Below are positions 34,086-46,822 of a stretch of 64,000 nucleotides of DNA, piece after piece. Made by a program: the position numbers and the translations under genes. Source of the stretch: the human T2T-CHM13v2.0 reference genome, Homo sapiens; NCBI RefSeq assembly GCF_009914755.1, contig NC_060925.1; one strand, 5' to 3'. Positions within the stretch are counted from its first letter, which is position 1. Each line of letters begins with the position of its first letter. The notes under the pieces were generated by a model. The model saw nothing but the letters and a program-made list of their open reading frames with translations. It had not been told where the DNA came from and did no database searches.

Positions 34086-37000
34086 TTCTGTATAATTCCA
34101 GTGAGGTTCCTCTCTTGCTCCATAAGCAGAATGGGGGAAATTGCCCAATCGTGGTCACAGACCCTCCATGCCACTGGCTGTGTGCAATTGGAGTCGCGGA
34201 CCCAGCAACCAGCAAGACCCCTCCCCTCTCAGGGTGACCCTGGGCCTCCAGGTCACAGGTCTCCACTAAAAAGGCTGCCTCCCCTCAATCCTAGACCCCG
34301 AGTTTTCTTTTGTTCACGTCATTGGGCCATTGCCCTATGTCTCTTTGGAAGAAATGACCTATATGAAAAACTTTACTTCCAGGATTCCCTAATTCCTTCA
34401 TCCCTTAGGACAGTGCAGTTTTTCATCTCCTGATCTTGGGTCCAGTACTAATGGCGCGTTTCATCTTGTTTTCATGGGATCCCCTCCAACCGGCTACCAG
34501 TGGATTCCTGTCCTTGGGGTCTCTGTGGATGACAACTAGATGCTGCTCTTGTCCCAAATCCTGACACCTCCCTCCAGGGAATTGCCTCCCTTAGCCTCCT
34601 AAATCAGCCAATATTTAGATTTGAGCCTGGAATCCCAGCATCTGTGGAGAATAGAGGTTCCTGATCCCTGGCCAGCCTCCCGCAGTGAAGGGGAGAGGAG
34701 CAGAGCAGCTGGGAGGGGCAAGTCCAGGGCCCTGGGCAACCCCCTTCTTCCTGCCCAGACTCTGCTCCAAGGAGAAGTTGCCTTAGGACCAGATCAGATG
34801 GAAACTCTTGTTCTCTTCTCATCAGCAGAAAAATTTAGGCAAGAGCTCTGAAGGACCTTCCTAGCTCATAAAAATGCTGTGGTCAAGTCTCTCCAGTTTT
34901 GGAAATATCCAAGGTTACCAAGTGTTTTGAGGGCTCACTTTGGAGCCTCTGAAAAGGAGGGGTCAGGGCCCATGGAAGGTACCTGAGGGATTCAGGAGAG
35001 AGAGGGGAAAGAGCAGACGGGAGGGAGGAGAGAAGGAGGGAGGGGGAGAAAGGGTGTGTGAGGGCCAGGAGCCAGGATTCACCCTGACAGTTCAGTGACT
35101 GCTCCCTGACCCCAAGGTTCCCACTGTGGCACCTTCCAGCAGGTGGTTTCCATCTCTTATTGATGTCCTGAGAACTTGGCTCTACAGAATGGTCCCACCC
35201 TATTTGTCTGGCATGAGTCCTGCAAAGTTTCTTTTCATCATTTGGGGGATGAGATGGGGGTATATAGGTTTGCAAGTGACTAGGAGCTAAGTCAGGACCT
35301 TGTGGAGCTGCTCAGAGTTAACTGTCAAGTAGCCTCCTTTCCCCCTTCCCTAGCAGGATGATTGCCTGCAAGACAGGGCCTGGAGGAGGCCAGGGCACCC
35401 AAGGCCACAGAAATGCCCAGGGATGAGTCCTGGCTGGAGATGCCTTGGCCGAGCTGACTGTGCACTTCCAGGGCTCACAGGGGTCTGGCCAGGAGACTGA
35501 GCAAGGGGACCAGGGAGGTTGTGCAGAGGCTTCTGCACAGCAAGGCAGACATTCTTCTTGGAGCCCCCAACCCAAATCAGGTCTTCCACCTCCTCTTCCT
35601 AAAGACCCTTTACTGCTGTCGTTCTTTTACTGAACTACAAGTTTAGAGGACATGGATTTCAGTGCCCTCATCTGGCCAACCATCTTCAGCTGCCAATGAG
35701 CAAGGTAACCTCCCTCCCTGCCAAGACCTGACTCAGGACCTTTCCTTAAGGAGATGTCCTGTTCTTTCTTTCCCACCAGAACTGCCCTGGCCCAGACCCC
35801 ATTTCTGTCTGGTGACCAGGACAGTCCCCTCACCAGTCTCCCAGGTTGGGGAGGGCAGATCCTCCTCAGCTCCCTGCCCTGAGAGACCCCAACCGTCTTG
35901 TGTGGCTCCGGCCCACAGAGTGATATCCATGGCCCATATCTCTCAAAACTCTCCCCTCCCACTCTGAATCCACCCTCTACTGCATGCTCCCCTCACAGAA
36001 CAGACTAATTTTTGTGTGTGTGTCCTTGTTTTGCCTACCTGTACCCCAGACAGACTTTTCTGTCTAAGAACTACCTGTCCCTCTTTGGACAGTGTCTTCC
36101 TGGTACTGCACATGAAGATGTCCCGCTCTCCCCTGCTCAAGGAGAGAGTGCCTGACCTGAGCTGGGCCCATCAGATCCAGTACTTACCTGGAATAGGAAA
36201 AAGATGGGGAGAGTGACCAAAGACTACAAAAATCTCTGAAGCTTATCTACTTGAGAGAGAGTCCCTGAAGATACTGGCCTCTCATTCCTGCTATGTATAT
36301 CCAATGTGACTGAACTCTGAATAAAATATACAAGTTATAACAATGTAGCAATTGACCCAGCAAACGAGGACACAAACGTGTTGGAGGGTAAGGTGGTGAG
36401 AGGCGTGTTTGGGGGTGGTGGTGATGAGCAAGTATGTGAAGGAGAGGTAGTGCCTAAACTTGAAAATCAAAAAGTAATAATATCTATTTAGACATAAGGA
36501 GATAAATAATGAAATAATTGCTTCTATGTGATGAAACTCTGGGAGTACACAAGGGGAATGCTATTTTACTAAACAAATTTTCAAGTATATATAACTTTGA
36601 TAAAGTATCCAAATAATTCCTTTCCCATATAAGTATGTGTATATATGTATTCATTGTATTTTGAAGATAAATTTTTACACAGTCATGTTAATCGCTTTCA
36701 TTTAAGGATTTGAGTTTGATGTCTTGCATACAATGTGATCCCACTGTATGACTACACAAATGTTGGCAAAAGTGAGTTCAGAGGAAATGGTAGGCAAGTA
36801 CTTCCCAGTTTTGGCCAGAAGATGGAGAAAAAAATAATTCTCAAAAAATGTTAAAGGTATGACCTGTTATATTTTCTTTTCACAGTAATTTAGACAGAAA
36901 TTAGCAAAATCAAAAATGTATAAATACTTTGGTCTGACAATTCCATCTCCAGGTGTCTACAGAGAAATAGACAAGCGATGCACGACAGATACATGTGTCA

Positions 37001-38311
37001 GTCTGGTCCCTGCAGTTGTATTTGTAATAATACACATTGGAGCAATTTCATGGCCATCAGTTAGAGAATGTTTGAGGAATGATCCATTCATATCAAGAAG
37101 GACATTTCAAAGATCAAAGCCTGATGGAAATGCTGGAGACCATGGCACTGATAGGAGCTCATGCGTGTTGACCAATTACTACGTGACAGGCATTGGCTCC
37201 ATGCTTTTCCTGCACGGCTCATTTAAACACTGGACAACCTAAGTGTTCTGATTTAGCCCATTGGACAGATAGAAATGGAGGCACAGAAGATTAATGTGTT
37301 TAACTTCAAACCCTGGCAGATTAGGTTTTTCATCCAGAGCCTGTGGCTTCACCATAGCTGTGATTCACGTTCTGTCATTCTCCACTTTAGGAATTTCCAG
37401 TATTCCAAATATGAGAAGCTGAGAAAACAAACAACAAACTCAAAACCCTAAAAACCAGGATACGTAAGGGTAGATGTTTGTTGGGTGTGGATTAAAAATG
37501 GACTTTTTTTGCCCCAAGCAACAAAGAGGCATCTTAGAAAATAGACAAGAGACAAGAAGAAGAGAAGCTTTAAGAGATATTTGGTCCAAGGAAGAGACTA
37601 TTCAGATGGAAGGTCACATCAGCTAGAAACATTAATATGACTGGATGGGCTCAAACCACTGACTTTTCAGTCAACATCCGACAGCACTAACCCAGTGTTC
37701 CAGAGACACTGCTTGTTAAACAGTGAAAGCTGTTGCTCAATTGTGTCATCCGTAATTGTCAAATATTGCCATTTAGTAGCACAAGGAAGTATTCTCCGTT
37801 GCCAAGCTAGAGTACCCATAACTCTTCTGTTTTGTTGAACATTCTTCCCCACCACAAACCCTCTTTAGAAGACTGGGGGCTCCTAAAGCATTGAGGCCGA
37901 GAGTCCCGTCCTTGTGCATGTTTGGGCATTGACCCACGGCCAAGTCAGTGGGAGACTCCTCCACGCCTACGCCAGGTCCCCAGGTGACAACTGCAGTCTC
38001 TGGATCTGAAGTCATCCACTTTCCCATTCCTAGCTCACCTCACCCATCGTGAAGCCTGGTTAGTATTGCCAGAGACCCGAGTGGGCAGATGCCCACACCA
38101 AAGACAGAACCTGCTGTGTGCCCACCTTGCTGATCCCTCCATCCTTCTAGACAAAGGCTTCATAAGCCAGGGACCTTGGGTTTGCTCACAAGGCAGCCCC
38201 TCACCTAGTAGGCATTAGTTCATTATGTATATGTATATGTAGTCCTCAGGTTGTATTCCTTAAATATATATAATTTAAGGATATGTATTATATATATAAA
38301 TATATATGTAA

Positions 38312-38637
<326 letters not shown>

Positions 38638-38778
38638 AAAACAAAGTTTTTAAAAATTCCTTTAATAAACATTTACAATAACATCAAGAAATATAAACGA
38701 CATAGCAAATATGTGAAAGCCAGCCAGACTCTCAATGGCATCCAGAAATATAAACTACATAGAAAAGACGTGAAAGCC

Positions 38779-39070
38779 AGCCAGGCTTGGCTTCAAATCC
38801 CAGCACTTTGGAAGGCTGTGGCAAGAGGGTTGCTTGATCTCAGAAGCTTGAAACTAGCCTAGGCAACATAGTGAGCCCTCATCTCACTGAAAATCAGAAA
38901 AATTATCCGGGTTTGGTGGTGTGAGCCTGTAGTCCCAGGAATCAGTGGATGAGGCCCTAGGATGTCATAGGCCTGAGAATTCCATGCTGCAGTGAGCTGT
39001 GATTGTGCCACTGTACTCCAGCCTGGGTGAAAGAGTGAGATCCTGTGCAGAAACAAAAGAAGAAAAAAAA
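38779..39070 (+). mobile_element. Old Alu (AluJ-like)
   Basis: Diverged dimer; TSD AGACGTGAAAGCC / AGATGTGAAAGCC. Confidence 0.8.
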
Positions 39071-39199
39071 AGATGTGAAAGCCTATATATTGAAGACTAC
39101 CAAGTACTGCTTAGAGCAGTTAAAGACCTTTGGAATAGAAAATGTTTCTTCTTGCATTTCAAGATTGCTTTTGTTTTGGGGGGACACACTATTTTTTAG

Positions 39200-40450
39200 G
39201 AATATGAAGTTCTTGTTAGGCATTCCTGTAAAAAAGGCCACTTTTTGATAGGATTGTATTGAATCTGTGGGTTGCTTTGAGTTGTATTTTTATCTTAACC
39301 ATGTTACAACTTCCAACCCATGGACACAAGATGTCTGTCCATTGATTTAGGTCTTCCTGAATCTCCTCGAGCAATGTTCTGTAGTTGTCTGTGTACAAGT
39401 ACGGCACCTTCTTGAACAAATTTATTCCCAGGCATATTATTCTTACAAGTGCTATTATAAATGAAATCATTGTGTCAATTTTCTTCTCAGATTGTTCATT
39501 GCTAACACAACTGATTGTCTGCTGAAAGTTTGCTGAATTCGCTTATTAACTCTAGTAGTGTGTGTATGTGAGTGTGTGTGTGTGTGTGTGTGTGTCTGGC
39601 CTCTGTGTGCATGTATGTGTGTTTGCATCTGTAGGTATTATTTGGGATTTTCTATGCATAGGATCACACCATCTGCAAATTGAGATCATTTTGTTTTCTG
39701 TTCAAAAATACTTTTTCTCATGTTTATTTTTAAAAGATAATTTGGCCAGGTGTAGAATTGTAGGTGACAGTTTTTCTTTTTTTAAGTTCTTTATTGCAAA
39801 CTTCTTGTTTGTATGAGAAATCTTATGCCATCCTTATATTTAGTGCTCTGTATGTAACATGTTCTTTCCCTTTTTATTCCTTTTAGGATTTCCTTTTTAT
39901 CACTGGTTGTGATGGATTTGATTAAGGCGTTCCTTGGTGAAGTTTTCTTCATGTTTCTTGTTCTTAGAATAATCATATTTCTGTAATATTTGAAGTTTAT
40001 GGTTTCCATGGAGCTTCTAAATCTTTCATCCAGTATGTTTTAAATATCTTTGTCTCTCTTCTCCACTACACGCCCTTCAGGGATTCCATTTAGCCCTATA
40101 CTTGGGGGTTTAAAGTTTTGACGCCGATGGTCTTTTTATGTTTTCAAGTCATTTGTTACTGTGTGTTTCATTTATGTTAGTTTCAACTTCTATTCCTTCT
40201 AGTTCAATAATCTTCTCTTCTGCAATGTTTAATCCACTGCCTTCTTCCATTTCAGACTGTAAATCATACTTTTTATTTACAGAATTTGATATTTAAAAAA
40301 TCTTCAACCTCCCCATTTAATTAAAATACAATTATTCTAACTGCTCTAATGTCCTTTCCTTCTATTTCCAACATGTCTGTCAATTTCAACTAGATTATTA
40401 GATTCTTCATTATGTGTCATGTTTTCCTGCTTCTTTGGCTGCTTCATATT
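39200..40450 (-). mobile_element. Ancient L1M fragments
   Basis: ORF 39216..39470 is ORF2-like (LGINLFKKV...NYRTLLEEIQEDLNQW..ILCPWVG); 39791..40009 is ORF1-like. Confidence 0.65.
39558..39620. repeat. (TG)n microsatellite
   Basis: Direct reading. Confidence 0.85.
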
Positions 40451-40452
40451 CT

Positions 40453-40710
40453 TTTATTTTTATTTATTTTTTTTGCGGGGGGATAGAGTTTTGCTCTCGT
40501 TGCCCAGGCTGGAGTGCAATGGTGTGATCTCAGCTCACTGCAACCTCCACCTCCCAGGTACACAAGCGATTCTCCTGTCTCAGCCTCCCAAGTAGCTCAG
40601 ATTACAGGCATGCACCATCATGCCTGGCTAATTTTTTTGTATTTAGTAGAGATGGGGTTTCACCATGTTAGTCAGGCTGGTCGTGAGCTCCTGACCTCAG
40701 GTGATCCATC
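40453..40710 (-). mobile_element. 5'-truncated AluS
   Basis: Alu sequence; TSD TGGCTGCTTCATATTCT / TGGCTGCTTGATATTCT. Confidence 0.85.
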
Positions 40711-41424
40711 TGGCTGCTTGATATTCTAAGATTTGATGCTGGAACTTTGGTGTCAATGCTCAAAATGCCCAAAGACACCACTCAACCTCAGTGTCTATGC
40801 ACACCCAAGCTTTTGCAGCAGGACAGGTAGAGCAGAGATGAGTGTGCTACAACATGCTGGTAGAGGGTACCCCCAATTGTGCTTGGGGATTTCCTATTCC
40901 TCATGGAAAAATGTGTCTTCCTTAATTTTTCCCATAAGAACCACCCTACTTCATGCCCTGTCTCTCTGTCCAAACACCAGGACAGTCCTCTCACCAGTCT
41001 CAACCACCCAATGGAATGACAAAGGTGCAAATATGATTCAGTGGAGAAGGCATTCTCTTGTCAACAAATTGTGTAGAAACAACTTTTTTTTACACAATTT
41101 GGTTTTTTTTTTTTTTATCCCCAAAGGAAAAAAATTCACCTGAACCTCAATACTAACTCAAAAACTAACTCAAAATGGATTATGCAACTAAATATAAACT
41201 ATAAAACTAGAAAAAGTATAGCAGAAAATATAAGACAAAATCTTCATGACACAGAGTTAGGCAAAGTGTTCTTTATTATCAATAAACACAAACCATTAAA
41301 GAAAACATTGATAAATTCGACTTTATAAAAATTAAAAGTTTTTGCTCAACAGTATTAAGAGGACAAATATAAGCTGCAGTTTGGGAGAAAAACAGTGGAA
41401 ATCACCAATATGACAAAGGGCATG

Positions 41425-41745
41425 TGTGATAGTTACTTGTAGTTGTCACTGTGACCGAGCACCAGGGTGCCAGGACATTTGGCCAAACATGATTCTGGTT
41501 GTGTTCCAGAGAGTCTTTCAGATATGATTAACATTGGGATGGGCAGACTAAGTGAAGCAGATTGCCCTCCTTAATAGGGGTGGGCCTCATGCAATCCATC
41601 AAGGGCCAGGAGAGAATTAAGAGGCCTAATGGGAAACAAATGCTTTCCTGGGTATCCAGCTTTCCTTCCATCTTGGGAATTTCAGCCTCCATAATCTCAG
41701 AAGCAAATTCATGTATATATATACACACACATATACATTTCATAG
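41425..41745 (+). mobile_element. ERVL LTR fragment (MLT2-like)
   Basis: TGTGATAGTTA...ACATTTGGCCAAACATGATTCTGG...AAGCAGATTGCCCTCC. Confidence 0.65.
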
Positions 41746-42954
41746 GTATGTGGCTAAGATTGTATTTTTATAAGTTCAGCCATGAGATGATTGGTGAAGC
41801 CAGCCAATGAATAAGGGTGTGTTCTATTATATGATTCAGTCTTCTTTTGTAAACGATTGAAGTTCTGCATTTGAAGTAGGAGGATAGGAGGGAGCAAGTC
41901 CACCTAGGATGATAACAGCTGAATTTCTCAACATACACTTCAGAGCCGTAGGAGTCAACTTAGAGACTCAAAAATCTCACCCATAATCCTGCCCCTAAAC
42001 ACCAGGGCTAGGGAACACTGTGGCCCTCAGGTGATTTTCTTTAGCCAGGACTGGGAGCCACACGACGGCAGAGGGAGCAGGAAACACTATGCAAATAGAG
42101 GCCAGGACAGCAGGGAGGGCCTGTTCATGATAGAACCCAGGCAAAACTCTCCTCAGAAAGCGAGTGTGGAGAAACATAGATCATGCCTGAGACCTGGAGG
42201 ATTAGAGCACTGGCTACTGGGGAATTGAAAGGAAGGGGCTTCACCGTGCAGAGGACCAGAGGTGCCAATCTTGGAAACGCAGAATTGCTGGGAGATGGGG
42301 AGGCGTGGACCATGGAAGTATCCTCTGGAGACTCATGGTGAAGAGAACAAATGAATGAAGTAACTGGCAGAAATTAGAGGTCCTGGTAGAACAAAATAGA
42401 ATCCCACAATGAGAACATACACCATGTATGTCCCCCAAGGAAGACAATATCTCCTAAAAACTCCAGAAAAATCATTTTGGACAAGCACCTTATATCTAGT
42501 AATGCGATTCATGTATCAAGACCGTGAAAAAAGATTATTAAACATGCTAAACTCAGCGAGACCTGATTCCCTCATGAGGACTCTGTTAAGGATGAGTACC
42601 ACTCAGCAAGTGACGACTGTGACATTCACTTTTGAATAGCTCATGAGCGTTAATATATTTCATTGTGGATCTAAACCAAAAACCAAGGTAGGGGCAAGAT
42701 GATAATCACAGAATGTCACCGGTATATGTTTAGGTTCAAATACTATTATGAGAAGTGGCAGGTAAAGGAGGTAGGAAAAAGAAAACACATCATGTAATTG
42801 ACTGTTGTATGGAAATATTTGATGCTGAAAGTTATAATTTAAAACTATAAACCAAATATTAGAAGTGTGTCTAGTTCAAAGGGAGGAAAACCATCAAAAA
42901 CATTTTTAGTGCAATATTTAACATGAGCTATACAACCGTTCCTAAATGCCAAAG

Positions 42955-43012
42955 GCACACACAGACACACACACAGACACACACACACAGACACACACAC
43001 ACACACACACAC
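42955..43012. repeat. (CA)n microsatellite just past the NBPF 3' end
   Basis: Direct reading. Confidence 0.9.
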
Positions 43013-43122
43013 GAAGAATACAAATGACTAGAACCAAGAAATGTAAATACATTCTGCTACGTATGGTAAACATAGCCTACAATGTGGAAGAGATTAGAAA
43101 ATAAACATGGAAATGAAATGTT

Positions 43123-43128
43123 TTTATT
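43123..43128 (-). terminator. Probable NBPF polyadenylation signal AATAAA (3'UTR ~1.6 kb)
   Basis: tttatt on + strand ~1.6 kb past the stop, followed on - strand by U-rich CATTTCATTTCCATGTTTATTTTC. Confidence 0.6.
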
Positions 43129-44728
43129 AATTCGCATCAGTACCCACCAAAACCAATCAGCATAATCAAATATTATAACACTGAATGTAAAAAACAATCC
43201 AAAAATCCAGAGTGATAGGCAAAAGGTTTGAATTGTATAGATTAAAATTAACTTCGGACAAAAATTAAAACTCAGGCAGAGAATGTTTTCTTCTTTTTGC
43301 AACAACAGACACTAGTAAAAACAAAGGCACAGTAAAAATTGAGACGCAAAATTTCCAGCGTAGAGATATGAATATAATAATAGACACAGGCAGGGAGGAT
43401 TAATAAATGATAAAATGTTTAGAGGATGATCATTAGAATACAGGATATTTATACTCTTGAAAACCGCTTTCCCAAGTACTTCATTATAAGTAAGGTGTCT
43501 CTAAAAGGGACAGATCTCCTAGACCCCTCCTTAACCAAGTAACCAGTCCTGATATCATAATGGTGATGGACAAACTAGACCTTCTCTGCCCGCAGATGGG
43601 CTGAGGTTGGAAACTCACAGCATTGTCTCTGCAGTGTTCCCGGCAAAATGTTTAGGCTGAATTTAATCATGAAGACATTTTCAGACAACTTCAGAATGTA
43701 GATCATTGAGCCAGACAGCTGATCTGTCCTCTATAAAAAAGTCCATGTCACCACCATCAATGACAACAAAAAGATGAGGAAATATTTGGGGTTCAAAATA
43801 ACTAAAGAAATGCAGCTATATTATCTTTTTACTTTTTTTGAACCCAAAATATCTCTTCTCCTTTTTTGTTGTGTGATTTGTGGTGATATGGACTATGTGA
43901 AGGAGACAGGTCAGTTGTCCTGCTCAGTGTTCTACATTCTGCAGTTGTCTGGTGATTACCTCCTATGAAACTCAGGCTAAGCGTTTTCTGCAAGAACATG
44001 GCATTGTTCATATTCTGCACCGGCAGAGTCCTGGGTGACATGCTGTCTCCTGCCAGCGGCTCCTGACTCCTGTTCTCTACAGGATGGAATTGAGAGGAGC
44101 AGGGCTAAGGCCTCCCAATGCTGTTTGTCCATCTAGCTGTGGTCTTCCTAAGTACTGACACCAATTGGAGGCTGAAGGACTGTGGCTTCTCTAACCAAAG
44201 GAGCCTAGCGGGTTAACAATTGTCAAGAGCAGTTGGTGGTTCTGAAATACAATCCTCAGCCAAGGATCCCTCCTGTGTTACAGATGGATCAGCTAAAACA
44301 AGCCAACACTGAAGACACAAAGAATGAGGTTAGGTTCATTGAAACCAGGGTAACACCTTTGGATGAGCTAAACACAAAGATGACACTGACCTTGAGCAGG
44401 TATAGAAGCTCAGAGACATGCCTGCAAAATGAAATCCCTGAGGAACTTTGTAGCTACCCAGAGATACGTGGTTCAAATTAAAATGTCTGACTGATCACTC
44501 CCGGCATGTGCTGCACAGTTATGTGAACGTGTCACACCTAACGTGGGTCCATTGTCTTCAGACTGAGCACAGGTTGACACTGACATGCTCTGAGAATAGG
44601 AATAGAGCCATGCCCACTGACCCATCCTATGTCTGGGCTTCCAAATGGAACTATAGTTTCATTCAAATCTTCACGTGCCTATAGGTCCTGCCTGCAGGAA
44701 TGACACCTCTCGGCTTAGTAAGGGCTGC

Positions 44729-44972
44729 TTATTGTGGGAATATGACTCCCATCTGGAACACCAGGTGGAGACTTGTCACCGTCAAAGTAAAAAACCTATT
44801 GTCCACGTAAAGGGCGAAGCTGATGTGCTGTTCCTCAAATGAGTAAAACACACTTCTGTAGTGCTGGAATGAGTCAGGTAGTTCAAAGTACATTAACGGA
44901 GTCGAATAACATCTATCCAGTGAGTCCTGTAAGACTTCAGGCTCTTCCACTTCCATCAGCACGCCGTTGAGC
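44729..44972 (-). CDS. NBPF: Olduvai CON3 long / terminal coding exon (244 nt to stop)
   Basis: [80 protein letters not shown]. Confidence 0.93.
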
Positions 44973-45164
44973 CTGGAAAATGAGACAAAACTAAAGAAGC
45001 AGCCAGGGAAAATCAAACACCACAGAGCTCCACTAGATTTCAGAAGTAACATAAGGAAGTGGTTAGAAAAGAAAAAGGATAGATCCATTAATGAAGTAAA
45101 AAAAAAAAATTATTGCCTTTATGTTGGGATAGAACGGGGCCAGGTAGAAAACAATGAAAGAGAA

Positions 45165-45201
<37 letters not shown>

Positions 45202-46775
45202 AAGTGACCTAGTGAGTTGGCCAGGTGACATACTGGTAAGGGAGTCAAAGGACACTCTGAGTTAGTGCCCTCATGACACACAGCAAACTGTGATCATGAA
45301 AAGAGTGAGCTCAATAGTTTTCCATAAAATATGCTCAAAATTCGATGCAGCGGCCATGAGAGTACAGCTTTTGAAGTATGGTCAACCTATGGTACGTTAG
45401 TAAATGATAAGGGGAGGAAGAAATGGAAACCTAAACATCTACTGCAATGAAAACCAACAGCAATGACAGTAGGAGTAATTCAGCCTTCGTTGAAAACATG
45501 AAATCAAACACACTCTGGTTTCCCTGAATCTGTTGCCTCCAGGTGTTAACACAGAATTAAGCATCCACAATTGCTGAAAGTCACCTGGGGCATGGTGGGT
45601 TTTGATCTTCTTCCCCTTCTTTTCTTCCCCTTCTCCTTCTTTTCTTCTTTGATCTTCTTCCCCTTCTTTTCTTCCCCTTCCCCTTCTTTTCAATTTCTAC
45701 AATAAATTCAGGCATGGACAGACACATTAAGCTGATTCCCCTACACACATAACAATCCACTGTCTAATCCTCACACAGGGACCTCAGGCTCCTCAGCATA
45801 AGCATAGGACACTGTGAGAGATATATTTCAGGAGGCCCAAAGGCTGGTCGTGATAGAAATTACTCGGTTTTTCTCCCAGAAACTGTGGGTAAAATGTCCC
45901 TATTCTAGTAGATCGTTATCCCAATATCATTTGTCCCAAGTTTGTGCAAACAGTTATGCCATATTTTTCCAATCAGTTTAAAGCAAATAACCTCAAATGA
46001 TTTCTAGGAGAAAAACTGCAACATTTAGCCCTGTCTCATCAAATACTCAGATTGTTCATGGTTGTGAGGACTTCAGACACTGAAATTAGAGTGAAAAAGG
46101 AAATCTACAAACCCTTGAGTCAAAATCATAGTTCTCTGAATTTGTCACATCTGCCCAGGTCCAATGTCATGAGAGTAGAATCAGAGTGCCACAGGCATGG
46201 CCTGAGACTAGGAAGAGAGCCATGCTCACTGACCCATCCCATGTCTGGGCTTCCAGGTAGAACTAGAGTTTCATTCAACCTACATGTGCCTATAGGTCCT
46301 CACTGCAGCAATGACATCTCTCAGCTCAGTAATGGCCACTTGCAGCAGGAATATGATCTTTATATGGAAGACTCAGTGGATCCTTATCACCTTCATAGAA
46401 ACGTACTCACCTCCCACGTCAAGAGAAAAGCCAACATGTTTTTCCTCCAATGCATAAAAGGAACTTCCATAGGGCTGGCAGGAGTCAGGCTGTTCAAGAC
46501 AACTGGAAGGAGTTGAATAACATCTATCCAGTGAGTCCTGCAAGACTTCAGGCTCTACTACCTCCAGCAGCTCCCTGCTGAGCCTGGAAAAGGAGGAAAA
46601 AGTAAAGAATAAGCCAGGGGAAATCAGACACGACAGAGCCCCAACTAGGTTTCATGGGTAGCATAAGGAAGTGGTTAAAAAACTAAAAGGATAGATCCAT
46701 TAATGAGGTAACAAATTATTGCCTTCATGTTGGGACAGAACAGGGCCAAATGGAAAAGAATGAAAGAGAAAGACA

Positions 46776-46822
<47 letters not shown>

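Noticed and set aside
36180-36200. TACTTACCTGG resembles the U1 snRNA 5' end (U1 variants occur near NBPF loci)
   Set aside because: No U1 body follows; it is just the reverse complement of a consensus splice donor.
34550-36250. Cluster of short ORFs in a GC-richer block as a protein-coding gene
   Set aside because: Candidate exons contain stops or give no protein I recognise; kept only as a low-interest splice-site lead.
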